Shown one piece after another: positions 45,901-49,702 of a stretch of 64,000 nucleotides of DNA (the first letter of the stretch is position 1; every line of letters starts with the position of its first letter). The stretch is from Candidatus Latescibacterota bacterium (GTDB lineage Bacteria > Latescibacterota > UBA2968 > UBA8231). Position numbers and translations under genes: made by a program. The stretch covers positions 3,872,001 through 3,936,000 of the forward strand of contig OZ242214.1 in assembly GCA_965206595.1 (NCBI GenBank), given 5' to 3'. The notes under the pieces were generated by a model. That model did not search any database, was not told the origin of the DNA, and saw nothing but the letters and a program-made list of their open reading frames with translations.

Positions 45901-48900
45901 GATCTCGGAGACGGCCCTGACCCTGGCCGAGGGGGGCAGCGGTACCTACACGGTGGTGCTCGACACGGAGCCGGCTGCCGGGGTCACGGTCGCGGTGGCG
46001 GTGCCCGAGGGCGCGGACCTGACCGTGAGCCCCCAGGCGTTGCGGTTTACCGCCGCGGACTGGAACGAGGCGCAGGCGGTGACGGTGACCGCCTCCCATG
46101 ATGCCGATGCGGTGGCCGACGATGCGGTGACCCTGGCGCATGCAGTGCGCGGCGGCGATTACGAGGGCCTGGCCGCGGACGGCGTCGAGGTTACGATCAC
46201 TGAGGACGACGTACCGGGTGTGAAGGTCTCGGAGACCGCCCTGACCATCGCCGAGGACGACGTACCAGGCGTGAAGGTCTCGGAGACCGCCCTGACGATT
46301 GCCGAAGGGGATGCCGGTACCTACACGGTGGTGCTCGACACGGAGCCGGCCGCCGAGGTCACGGTGGCAGTGGCGGTGCCCGAGGGCGCGGACCTGACCG
46401 TGAGCCCCCAGGCGTTGCGGTTTGCCGCCGCCGACTGGAACGAGGCGCAGACGGTGACGGTGACCGCGGCCCAGGATGCCGACGCGGTCACCGACGATCC
46501 GGTGACCCTGGCGCATGCAGTGCGCGGCGGCGATTACGAGGGCCTGGCCGCGGCCGCGGTCGAGGTGACGATCACCGAGGACGACGTACCGGGCGTGACG
46601 ATCTCGGAGACCGCCCTGACCCTGGCCGAGGGGGATGCCGGTACCTACACGGTGGCGCTGGGCACGGAGCCGGCCGCCGGGGTGACGGTGGCAGTGGCGG
46701 TGCCCGAGGGTGCGGACCTGACGGTGTCGCCGCCGGAGTTGCGGTTTACCGCCGCGGACTGGAACGAGGCGCAGACGGTGACGGTGACCGCGGCCCAGGA
46801 TGCCGACGCGGTCACCGACGATCCGGTGACCCTGGCGCATGCAGTGCGCGGCGGCGACTACGAGGGCCTGGCCGCGGCCCCGGTCGAGGTGACCATCACC
46901 GAGGACGACGTACCGGGTGTGACGATCTCGGAGACCGCCCTGACCCTGGCCGAGGGGGATGCCGGTACCTACACGGTGGCGCTCGACACGGAGCCGGCCG
47001 CCGAGGTCACGGTGGCGGTGGAGGTACCCGAGGGTGCGGAGATCACGACGGCCCCTTCGCAACTGACCTTCACGACGGAGACCTGGAACAGCGAACAGAC
47101 GGTGACGGTGACCGCGATCGAGGACGCCGATGCCATAGCCGACCATCCGGTGACCCTGGCGCATGAGGTCAGCGGCGGCGACTACGAGGGCCTGGCCGCG
47201 GCCGGCGTCGAGGTGACGATCACCGAGGACGACGTGCCGGGAGTGACCATCGCCGACGCCGAGGCGCCGGAGAGCGCCGGACAGCTCCTCTTCACGGTGA
47301 CCCTGAGCGAGGCCAGCAGCAGGACGGTGACCGTCGACTGCCGGACCGCGGACGGCACGGCGCGGGCGCACGAGGATTACACCGCCGCGGCGAACTTGCT
47401 GACCTTCGCTCCCGGCCGCACCGAGGCGCAGATTGCCGTGCCGGTCGCCAACGACGGGCTGCGAGAAGGGAACGAGACCTTCACTGTGGTGCTGAGCAAC
47501 CCGGCCAACGCGACGGTGGCCGATGGCGCCGCGACCGGCACCATCGTCGACGACGACGCCTCGGCGGAAAAGGCGTGGCTGGCGCGGTTCGGGCGCACCG
47601 CGGCCGGGCAGGTGATCGAGGCCCTGGACGAACGCCTGACCCGGCCGCAACGGGGCGCTCACCTGACCATTGGGGGTCAGCGGCTGCAGCTGGGCGAGGC
47701 GCCCGAACCGGGGAGCCGGCCGCCGCATCGGAACATCCATCCTGACTACCGGGCCGCGGCCGGCGGCCGCGACCTGGTGGGGCCCTCGTTTCTGTCGTCA
47801 GACCTGCCCGGGCCCCTGCGGGCTCCCCGGACCGCGGGCGGACCGCTTTTAACCGGGAGGGACCTGACCGGGGTTTCCCCGTTCGACATCCTGACCCGGA
47901 GCTCCTTCTTCCTGTCCTCCGGGCCGGCGGCCGGGGAAGCGGGTGCCCGGTGGACCTTCTGGCGCCGGTGGGCGAAGTCGCATTTCAGGGGCGAGGAGGC
48001 CGGTCTGTCCCTCGACGGCGGCCCCTGGACCGGCCTGCTGGGCGTCGACCGCGAGCAGGGCCGCGCGCTGGCCGGCCTCGCCTTGTCCTATACCATCGGG
48101 GACGGCAGATACCACGTGCACACGGCCGAGGAGGCCCTCGCGCGAGGCAAGGCGAAAAGCTGGCTGATCAATGCGCATCCCTATCTGCGCGTCGCCCTCG
48201 ACGAGCGGGTGTCGGCCTGGGGCCTGCTCGGCCACGGGCGCGGCGAGATGTCGCTGGGTACCGGCCGCGAGCGCTCCGGTATCGTCATGAACATGGGCGG
48301 ACTGGGCCTGCGCGGGGCGCTGCTGGCGCCGGGCGGGCCGGGCGGTCTCGGCCTGACCATGCGGTCGGACGCCTTCCTGGTGCGCATGGGCTCGGACGCC
48401 GCCGGGCCTGCGGTGAGCCGCGTGCGTATGACGATGGATGGCACCCGCGCCGTAGTGACGGACTCGGGCCGCATCTGGACCCCCTCGCTGGAGCTGGGGG
48501 TGCGCCATGATGGCGGCGACGCCGAGACCGGGTTGGGGCTGGAGCTTGGCGGCGGCCTGGAGTACAGCGACCCGGCGGGCGGTCTGAACATAAAGACCAC
48601 CGGCCGCCGGCTGCTCATCCACCAGGACAGCGGCTACGAGGAATGGGGGGTGGGCGGTTCATTCGGTTTCAACATGGGCGCCTCCGGCCGGGGGCTCGCC
48701 CTGCGGCTGCGGTCCTCCTATGGGGACGCGGCGAGCGGCGTGGACCGCTTCTGGTCGCAGCACCGCACCCCCCAGGCCGGGAGCTACCCCGCCGGCCGGG
48801 ACGGCCTGTTCAACGCCGAGGTGGGGTACGGTCTGGGCGCCTTGGGCGGCCTGCTGACCCCGTACGCCGACGTGGCGTCGGGCCGGGGGAGGCGCACCTA

Positions 48901-49024
48901 CGGTCTGGGCGGGCGCCTGCGCGTGGAGCCCTCCATGCGCCTGGAGCTGGCGGGCGGCCGCCGCGAGACGACCGCGGCCCGCCCCGGGCACGAGCTCAGG
49001 CTGCGAGGCACCCTGCACTGGTAG
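21965..49024 (+). CDS. Giant (9019 aa) repetitive surface adhesin with Calx-beta/Ig-like repeats and a C-terminal autotransporter-like beta-barrel
   Basis: Extended signal peptide; dozens of Calx-beta-like units (ATAGEDY..GTLTF..ITDDAVDE.DEETFTVTLS); Ig-like units; a DUF11-like pair; a Pro-rich hinge; helix AWLARFGRTAA followed by a barrel ending LRGTLHW. Confidence 0.9.
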   Translation: MYDSYDPLCPGPGAPRRAPPRLRSRNPAVALVYLIAALVLLAPAGIWSQVNRDNHLPEVSVSLVGGVLGTYEDFPVLEGNVIRFELTRTGALTAALAVELEVTYNGSRQTRTATFPAGEQTVAVDVATDENEVVDAAHHSLTVAIQPAATYQVSSESGRVSVAVPDDDIEIFVSRASLSPESVVEGETDYYVFEVSRNGDTSLELVSVYMFAQFGDGAVTTTGNVNFDAGKASTQARLRLPADDDLHQADFTVTYGVAEIVDQQEAHSYRRGDPHTATFRVLDDDLPVVGIAVAPESGDEGTDFQITATRDGTTGEFLTVLLSVTSSGDFGTVASSSVTFPLGAADTTLTLPTDDDDLDEADGTLTVTLDENDAYQIDADAGTRSVTVRDNDLVQVSISADHDDGVTEGETLTFTLARGAHNTDALDVTVEVSETGAMVADGLEGSRTVSFGSGQASVSFTVPTSNDQTVERESTVSAQIEDMDAYAPGSPSTASVTVRDDDQTVILTVAPDAVTEDGGAQTVTVTAALHDHTSTRDTPIDVTVSVAGETATAGTDFQAVADFPVTIPANARSGAGTFILNAIDDDAFEEDKTLTVGGAATGLKVTTATLTLTDEDVETLLQAVTRGGAETNATTVRDILIMRVFFKGAETVTGFAADDIEVTGGAITEFRRTDRSNGTIVHFVWIDAAEDAEMLTFVVRKDAIEEGNFRAEATYTVVPPFTVTLTSEATGPVQGDFVVLATFSEPVNSGTGGSESVANLFIVDEDVDVVHGRRLYSNKVSATQWRITIRPDAGFYGTLRVTIAENAASLLNNSHIFNQAAEFEILVDTVFDDAALASLSLSDPHGSGVGLDPAFSSGHTGYEAIFGRGVTVRVHAAVRDPGATFVIEPRFDQSDQSAGHDVLLTPGRATEITVTVTAEDRTTRRTYTVRLVNAIVTLAVTPSRIGEDGGSATVTATIDPPFTQEVRVTVAPEAVAPAARADFIVSDHNWLDFPANATAATGTVTITAVSNDLQTLDKEVRVNGTTRAAGVPVIGTTLTIEDDDRVAKLTLNPESVGEEGGEQTVTVTATIDPQSSTRDKATAVIVSVAGGTATEGTDFEAVPDFPVTIRANERSGAGTFNLNAIDDDAFEEDETIIVSGAPFTQTSTGATLTLTENDVPWVTMESTEASVEEGGSVTLTLTREGSVTNPLTIPGSLLRSRISRGEEYREHPVTFEAGEATATLTVGPPDDAVFYTHRQFNVELDTSDPRMFRLRRTLSSAAFISIESQTYFAFPVDDDDPVRVTITPQDDPVSEASRACFTVSTDMVFRTGVPAELTFAVTASQQGDFLSGAPGSHTVTLSNSTDANASETPTLCLDLDDDDEFEGDGSVTLQLGEGTVRLVVEDQERQAPVVVAADATVTVTVSDNDVPWVTMESAAASVDEGGSVTFTLTREGPLTDPLTIPGTLLRSKISFGHGYSAHPVTFEAGEATATLTVGPPDDEVFYTHRQFNVELDTRHPWMTDPRMFRLRHASSPAVFSTAESRTHFAFPVNDDDPVRVTITPQEDPVSEASRACFTVSTDVFFRLGVLAELTFAVAASQRGDFLAEAPGSHTVTLSNSTSDPNASKTPTLCLDLDDDNEFEGDGSVTLQLGEGTVRLVVDNEEREAPDVVAAEDGAGAATVDVFDNEIAQMVGYRLTSDLRDGTLHVPAPEEPGRVHLAEDHGVSFTIQRWGTDALGNVREGENYVNGFDIRIPIPPLTVNIDARIICFNGFDAPDLLAGPLPTTVVFPAGDEDGVEQDDLFVQQTLIEFVDDDVLECGSYIDVSIADGLYRRRPTSELADPSHRPQSPYALLEVAINDNDQPTTSITTNSESVEEGEDIVLTVTRRDNDIVSPLNTTLRVFRSNSRNVGFDSYVPGGEEVTLFQSSIGVPFGRNVTTVIRSLEIPDDDVDGDDFFLHFGFSPIYGDYHIPDGSHPVVRVTDDDTRGVTVSPTSLSIHEGSESSYTVKLDSEPTANVTVAVGGMAGTDVSVNPESLTFTRSKLNANNWNVAKTIVVSTREDADKLADVVRLTHTATGGDYGANGVTVDLEVTVEEDASIRLTLDPTSVPEDAGHYGPPPGGGGVSAWRGATVTVTATLNTAARTEDTVVRVSVDGNTASTSDLRQEVKRFNLTIPANAQSGEAQFTLIPLNDYTAEGDETLTVSGVLKVPVPWLTVESAELTLADDDEVSVLVEPTTLEIDEGSSATYSVALTSAPTEDVTISMTVSGDSDISVQPRSLTFTTTDWLVARARPVTVEAAADADAAAGTATIAHGVTTSGDYHGIVAASVTVTEKDNDTASTTATLSVSPSSVAERGGGQDVTVTATLNAATRTEDTVVRVSVAGNTAGTGDFQAVESFDLMIPANAPSGEVPFRLTPVADGVIEEDETVTVSGTVPVSSGLTVESATVTIIDDARGVTVSPTELTVDEGGDGTYTVVLTSEPTADVTVTVTTDLAGTDVSVDKTSLTFTADNWDDEQTVTVSAAADNDAVADETVTLTHSVSSTGDYASETADAVAVTIAETDTPTLSMSGVRADEDVGDMTFTVTLSLASSNQVTVAYATSNGTGAGAATAGEDYTLTNGTLTFPANSTASRTIAVPITDDAVDEPDEETFTVTLSSASNATLAGGQSTLAATGTITDDDERGVTVSETALDIDEGESGTYTVVLTSQPTGTVTVAMTTDLAGTDVSVDKTRLTFPADNWDDEQTVTVSAAGDEDAVVDDAVTLTHAVTGGDYGTNGVTADPVAVTIVEDDTPTLSMADVRADEDVGETVFTVTLSVASSNEVMVQYRTSDGTAAAGSDYTETTGTLTFEAGTTTAQEIRVAITDDAVDEEEEETFTVTLHSAANATLAGAQATLAATGTIVDNDDPAVTVAFATGTYTATEGGAAATVQVQLSGDPERTVDIPLTHTPGTDVAAADYSGVPASVTFASGETEKTFAVTATDDDVDEDEETVTLGFGTRPDGVTLGSQSSATVTLADDDERGVTVTPTALTVDEGGDETYTVVLDSEPTADVAVTVAVPQDTDVSVDKTSLTFTAGNWSTAQTVTVSAAGDDDAVVDDAVTLTHTVSSTGDYASETAADVAVTIAENDTPTLSIADESVAEDAGSATFTVTLSVASSNAVTVDYATSNGTGPEAATAGEDYTLTNGTLTFPANSTASRTIAVPITDDAVDEADEETFTVTLSSASNATLAGGQPTLAATGTITDDDARGVTVTPTAVTVDEGGDETYTVVLDSEPTADVAVTVTVPQGTDVSVDKTSLTFTADNWDDEQTVTVSAAGDDDAVVDATVTLTHSVSSTGDYNGETAADVAVTIAENDTPTLSIADESVAEDAGSATFTVTLSVASSNEVMVEYRTSDGTAAAGSDYTETTGTLTFEAGTTTAQEIRVPITDDAVDEEEEETFTVTLHSAASADLAGGGTTLAATGTIVDNDDPAVTVAFATGTYTATEGGAAATVQVQLSGDPERTVDIPLTHTPGTGATAADYSGVPASVTFASGETEKTFAVTATDDDVDEDEETVTLGFGTRPDGVTLGSQSSATVTLADDDARGVTVTPTALTVDEGGDQTYTVVLDSEPTADVAVTVAVPQDTDVSVDKTSLAFTADNWNTAQTVTVTAAGDEDAVVDGTVTLTHTVSSTGDYASETAADVAVTIAENDTPTLSIADESVAEDAGSATFTVTLSVASSNAVTVDYATSNGTSPEAATAGEDYTLTNGTLTFEAGTTTAQEIRVAITDDAVDEADEETFTVTLSNASNATLAGGQPTLAATGTITDDDERGVTVTPTALTVDEGGDETYTVVLDSEPTADVAVTVTTDLAGTDVSVDETSLTFTADNWNDEQTVTVRATEDDDAVVDATVTLTHSVSSTGDYASETAADVAVTIAETDTPTLSMSGVRADEDVGEMVFEVTLSLASSNEVTVAYATSNGTGAGAATAGEDYTLTNGTLTFPANSTASRTIAVPITDDAVDEADEETFTVTLSNASNATLAGGQPTLAATGTITDDDARGVTVTPTAVTVDEGGDETYTVVLDSEPTADVAVTVTVPQGTDVSVDKTSLTFTAGNWDDEQTVTVSAAGDEDAVVDDAVTLTHTVSSTGDYASETAADVAVTIVETDTPTLSIADESVAEDAGTVTFTVTLSVASSNAVTVDYATSNGTGAGAATAGEDYTLTNGTLTFPANSTASRTIAVPITDDAVDEADEETFTVTLSNASNATLTGGQPTLTATGTITDDDGTPTVTLSLSEGSIGEDGETSRVTATLSGVSSEATTVTVSAMAVSPAAAGDFTLSTNKVLTITEGQTASTGDVTITAVNNDVDAANKTVTVSGDASNILGATDPADLTLTITDDDARGVTVTPTALSVGEGDSEEFTVVLTSQPTADVTVAMTTDLAGTDVSVDETSLTFTADNWDDEQTVTVRAAGDDDAVVDETVTLTHSVSSTGDYASETAADVAVTITETDTPTLSIANRSVTESAGTMVFTVTLSVASSNQVTVAYATSNGTGAGAATADEDYTLTNGTLTFPANSTASRTIAVPITDDAVDEADEETFTVTLSNASNATLAGGQPTLAATGTITDDDARGVTVTPTALTVDEGGDETYTVVLDSEPTADVAVTVTTDLAGTDVSVDETSLTFTADNWDDEQTVTVSAAGDEDAVVDDAVTLTHSVSSTGDYNGETAADVAVTIAENDTPTLSIADESVAEDAGSATFTVTLSVASSNAVTVDYATSNGTSPEAATAGEDYTLTNGTLTFEAGTTTAQEIRVAITDDAVDEADEETFTVTLSNASNATLAGGQPTLAATGTITDDDERGVTVTPTALTVDEGGDETYTVVLDSEPTADVAVTVTTDLAGTDVSVDETSLTFTADNWNNEQTVTVRATEDDDAVVDATVTLTHSVSSTGDYASETAADVAVTIAENDTPTLSIADESVAEDAGSATFTVTLSVASSNAVTVDYATSNGTSPEAATAGEDYTLTNGTLTFPANSTTPKTIAVPITDDAVDEEEEETFTVTLSSASNATLAGGQSTLAATGTITDDDERGVTVTPTAVTVDEGGDETYTVVLDSEPTADVAVTVTTDLAGTDVSVDETSLTFTADNWNNEQTVTVRATEDDDAVVDATVTLTHSVSSTGDYNGETAADVAVTIAETDTPTLSIANRSVTESAGTMVFTVTLSVASSQTVTVAYATSNGTGAGAATAGEDYTEANGTLTFPANSTASRTIAVPITDDAVDEADEETFTVTLSNASNATLAGGQSTLTATGTITDDDERGVTVTPTALTVDEGGDETYTVALDSEPTASVTVTVTTDLADTDLSLDKTSLTFTADNWSTAQTVTVTAAGDEDAVVDATVTLTHSVSSTGDYNGETAADVAVTIVETDTPTLSIADESVAEDAGSATFTVTLSVASSNAVTVDYATSNGTSPEAATAGEDYTEANGTLTFPANSTTPKTIAVPITDDAVDEADETFTVTLSSASNATLAGAQATLAATGTITDDDARGVTVSPTALTVDEGGDETYTVALDSEPTADVTVTVTVPTGTDVSVDKTSLTFTSSTWNTAQTVTVSAVEDADAATDAAVTITHTVGSTGDYNGETAADVAVTIAETGTPAPALTLAFEAAAHNDVDASGDVTLSDVLTYTATATNSGNVPLAEVTVSDLLVNAGGVECASLDLGGECELTGEYTVTQADVDAGEVTNTAAAVASGVSEQTASRTTEVAQEKALTLAKTATTGSFGSVGDRIAYSYEATNSGTVTLTGALTIADDRIPASGITCPAVPAAGLGPGASVTCAGSYTVVQADVDASQVTNKATAMLDGMQSNEATATVQRPQVAGEAPTVSVGGISSPEDAGHLDFAVTLDKASAQTATVVFGTTDGTAVAGIDYADTTGTLTFAPGTTSRTVTVRIEDDDVDEENETFTLVLSDAVNANLPALSGTGLGTIRDDDTRGVTVAPEALSVTENGSATYTVALDSEPTDEVTVTVSVPANSELSVDKPSLTFTTGNWNTAQTMTVSADDDDDAVADDVVTIGHSASGGDYNGQTAEVEVTIVEDDTPTLSIADRRAAESDGTIGFSVTLSIESSEQVTVDYVTSNGTGAGAATAGEDYTARSATLHFPANSTTPQTISIPITDDSVDEEEETFTVTLSNASNAALAGGQETLEATGTIADDDERGVTVAPEALSVTENSSATYTVALDSEPTAEVTVGVAVPPNSELSVDKTTLRFTADNWNTAQQIEVSAADDDDAVADAAATVGHSASGGDYNGQTAEVEVTIVEDDTPTLSIADRSAAESDGTMAFAVTLSVASSNEVTVAYATSNGTGPEAATAGEDYTEANGTLAFPANSTAPQTISVSIANDAVDEAVETFAVTLSNVQQASLAGGGSTLSAAGTITDDDERGVTVSETQLDLAEGGSGIYTVVLTSEPTADVTVDVTVPQGTDVSVDKTSLTFTADNWATAQTVTVRAAGDADAVVDAAVTISHTVSSPGDYAGETASNVEVRIAESDTPTLSLADESVAEDAGTVTFTVTLSVASSNEVTVAYATSNGTGPGAATAGEDYTEANGALTFPANSAAAQTIRVPITDDDLDEADEETFTLTLHSAAHADLAGGGTTLAAAGTITDDDDPPAAGIADAGASEGDGGITFTVSLETASARVVTVDWATAADAAAVNPATADADYTAANGTLTFPAQSTERTIRVLVVDDDAVEESETFKVELSNARYATLQASAAAAVGTIADDDVAPPPGEDPPTPGEEPPTPGEEPPTPGEDPPPPKEDPPTPEDPPVTRNPEVIVFFGAADYEAAEGGSAAVTVRLSADPERRVTIPLTRTHVEGAGAADYSGVPANVAFAAGETSQEFAVTAVDDAVDDDGEAVVLGFGALPSGVAAGEPATAAVALADDDVRGVTVRPEALNVPEGGSGSYTVVLDTEPAAEVTVLVAAPSASELSLDETSLTFAPAIWSRPQTVTVRAAEDADAMADDPVTLIHAVRGGDYEGVPAAPVEVTIIEDDAPTLAVAGGTAAEGEGAIEFAVTLSLASSSAVTVEYATSDVSAMAGADYQWTAGILTLPAGTTEAAIRVRVVDDDIDEADETFRVLLSHAVNAVVGDGEAAGEIADDDLPVVEIAAARAAVEEGSTAAFTLTRAGDLTGPLTVPVRVAERGVFLSDGIPSAATFAAGAATAALEAATTEDAVDEADGAVTAAILGAASHRVGASARAVVTVADNDVRGVRVSTTALTLPEGGAGTYTVTLETEPTGEVTIRMKMVSEDLTVTPPVLSFSPMAWDAPQTVTVRAAEDADAVLDPAVTLTHAVSGGDYGDVPASPVEVRILEDDAPVLAVAGGAAAEGDGEIEFAVTLSLASSSEVTVEYATAEGTARAGEDFEPATGTLTFPAGATSATIRVPVLDDDVDEADETFTVRLSHAVNAAVGDGEAAGEIADDDLPVVEIAAEPAALKEGGTATFTLTRAGDLSGPLSVPVGVTQEGEYLSGTAPSSVRFAAGAATAAFAVATENDDRDEEDGAVAAEILGAASHRAGASARAAVPVADDDVRGVRLSATSLTVAEGGRATYTVVLTSEPDAAVTVAMAVPSGTDLTVVPSELTFAAATWEAPRTVTVRADQDADAVSDDPAAISHVVGGGDYEGLSAAGVEVTIAEDDVPVLAVAGGAATEGDGEIEFAVTLSLASSSEVTVEYATAEGTARAGEDFEPAAGTLTFPAGATAATIRVPVVDDDVDEAAETFTVRLSQAVNAAVGDGEAAGEIADDDLPVVEIAAEPAALKEGGTATFTLTRAGDLAVPLSVPVRVGELGAFLSGTAPSPVAFAAGAATAAFAVATEDDAVDEADGAVIAEIIGGDGHRAGAAARATVAVADDDVRGVRILETALTIREGGSGLCPVVLTSEPTAPVTFSAVMPAGAEITMAPPALRFTPANWSQVQVVTVRALHDADAVADDPLVLAHTVKGGDYEGLAAPVVTVTITEDDVPGVTISETALTLAEGGSGTYTVVLDTEPAAGVTVAVAVPEGADLTVSPQALRFTAADWNEAQAVTVTASHDADAVADDAVTLAHAVRGGDYEGLAADGVEVTITEDDVPGVKVSETALTIAEDDVPGVKVSETALTIAEGDAGTYTVVLDTEPAAEVTVAVAVPEGADLTVSPQALRFAAADWNEAQTVTVTAAQDADAVTDDPVTLAHAVRGGDYEGLAAAAVEVTITEDDVPGVTISETALTLAEGDAGTYTVALGTEPAAGVTVAVAVPEGADLTVSPPELRFTAADWNEAQTVTVTAAQDADAVTDDPVTLAHAVRGGDYEGLAAAPVEVTITEDDVPGVTISETALTLAEGDAGTYTVALDTEPAAEVTVAVEVPEGAEITTAPSQLTFTTETWNSEQTVTVTAIEDADAIADHPVTLAHEVSGGDYEGLAAAGVEVTITEDDVPGVTIADAEAPESAGQLLFTVTLSEASSRTVTVDCRTADGTARAHEDYTAAANLLTFAPGRTEAQIAVPVANDGLREGNETFTVVLSNPANATVADGAATGTIVDDDASAEKAWLARFGRTAAGQVIEALDERLTRPQRGAHLTIGGQRLQLGEAPEPGSRPPHRNIHPDYRAAAGGRDLVGPSFLSSDLPGPLRAPRTAGGPLLTGRDLTGVSPFDILTRSSFFLSSGPAAGEAGARWTFWRRWAKSHFRGEEAGLSLDGGPWTGLLGVDREQGRALAGLALSYTIGDGRYHVHTAEEALARGKAKSWLINAHPYLRVALDERVSAWGLLGHGRGEMSLGTGRERSGIVMNMGGLGLRGALLAPGGPGGLGLTMRSDAFLVRMGSDAAGPAVSRVRMTMDGTRAVVTDSGRIWTPSLELGVRHDGGDAETGLGLELGGGLEYSDPAGGLNIKTTGRRLLIHQDSGYEEWGVGGSFGFNMGASGRGLALRLRSSYGDAASGVDRFWSQHRTPQAGSYPAGRDGLFNAEVGYGLGALGGLLTPYADVASGRGRRTYGLGGRLRVEPSMRLELAGGRRETTAARPGHELRLRGTLHW
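25433..26965 (+). repeat. Tandem duplication of an approximately 250-aa module inside the adhesin
   Basis: NDVPWVTMES starts at 25433 and again at 26186 (753-bp period), with high similarity between copies. Confidence 0.9.
29270..41830 (+). repeat. Core repeat array of the adhesin (684-bp unit, 1692-bp higher-order unit)
   Basis: Shadow ORFs recur at 35539/36223/36907/37591/38275 (684 bp apart) and at 30540/32232, 31030/32722 and 31453/33145 (1692 bp apart). Confidence 0.9.
42185..42310 (+). repeat. 21-bp Pro-rich coding minisatellite (PPTPGE[E/D])
   Basis: CCCACCCCTGGGGA(A/G)GA..C. units encoding PPPGEDPPTPGEEPPTPGEEPPTPGEDPPPPKEDPPTPEDPP. Confidence 0.9.
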
Positions 49025-49154
49025 GCGGAGATCGTATGCGGGTCGCATCCCTTTTCATCGGAACCGAAGCGTTCCTCCTGGCCATCCGGCACCGTCAGGG
49101 CGACGACCGGCCCTTCAATCCCACCACACCTCACCGGGAAGCAGGTGGACTACC

Positions 49155-49322
49155 ATGATAACAGAGGGTGATTCTATGGACGAGGCCCTGGAAAACGTCG
49201 CCGATGCGTTTGCTGCCGTTGTTGAGCTATATGAGGACCAAGGACGCTCACTGCCTCAGAATACCCGGATTCTCGATGCACATAGTCCAGTGTGGGTGGA
49301 AACTGTAGTATCCACCTCGTGA
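49155..49322 (+). pseudogene. hicB: HicB-family antitoxin, N-terminally truncated
   Basis: Reads MITEGDSMDEALENVADAFAAVVELYEDQGRSLP. The first beta-strands of HicB are missing or out of frame. Confidence 0.7.
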
Positions 49323-49531
49323 AATATCGCGAAGTTGTGAGGAAACTATCCGTCCTTGGGTGTCAAGAACGTGTGCGCAAAGGGGGCGGTTCCCATCGGA
49401 AATAGATTCACCCTGTTTCTTAAAAAGCCACTGTTATTCCGGATTGGGGCAATCGCGATCTGAAATCGGGGACGATTCGTGCAGCAGTTCGACAGTTACG
49501 AATCGATTGGCAACGCTTCTTGGATGCCTGG
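49319..49531 (+). pseudogene. hicA: HicA-family toxin with two in-frame stops
   Basis: MKYREVVRKLSVLGC...GGGSHRK*IHPVS*KATVIPDWGNRDLKSGTIRAAVRQL, with TAG at 49403 and TAA at 49421. GTGA overlap with hicB. Confidence 0.85.
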
Positions 49532-49702
49532 CAAATAGGAGTTGGCAATCAGGGAGAGTCGGCTCGAACGCCGACGAGAAAAGTGGTGAAATGACAGGCC
49601 CCGTTGTGGGAGCAATTCCGGAGCGGGGCCTTCGCCTGCCTGCCGGCACCGCCGCCGCGACCGGGGTCGGGCTGGAGGTTGGCGACTCGTTGGCTCCGGC
49701 CC

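Noticed and set aside
29270-47560. Repeat array as CRISPR or a DGR template/variable pair
   Set aside because: Units are long, in-frame and coding, with no unique spacers, cas genes or reverse transcriptase, and I saw no adenine-specific variation.
49319-49531. Stop-codon reassignment or readthrough in hicA
   Set aside because: Two different stops (TAG, TAA) occur, and TAG, TAA and TGA all end normal genes in this window.
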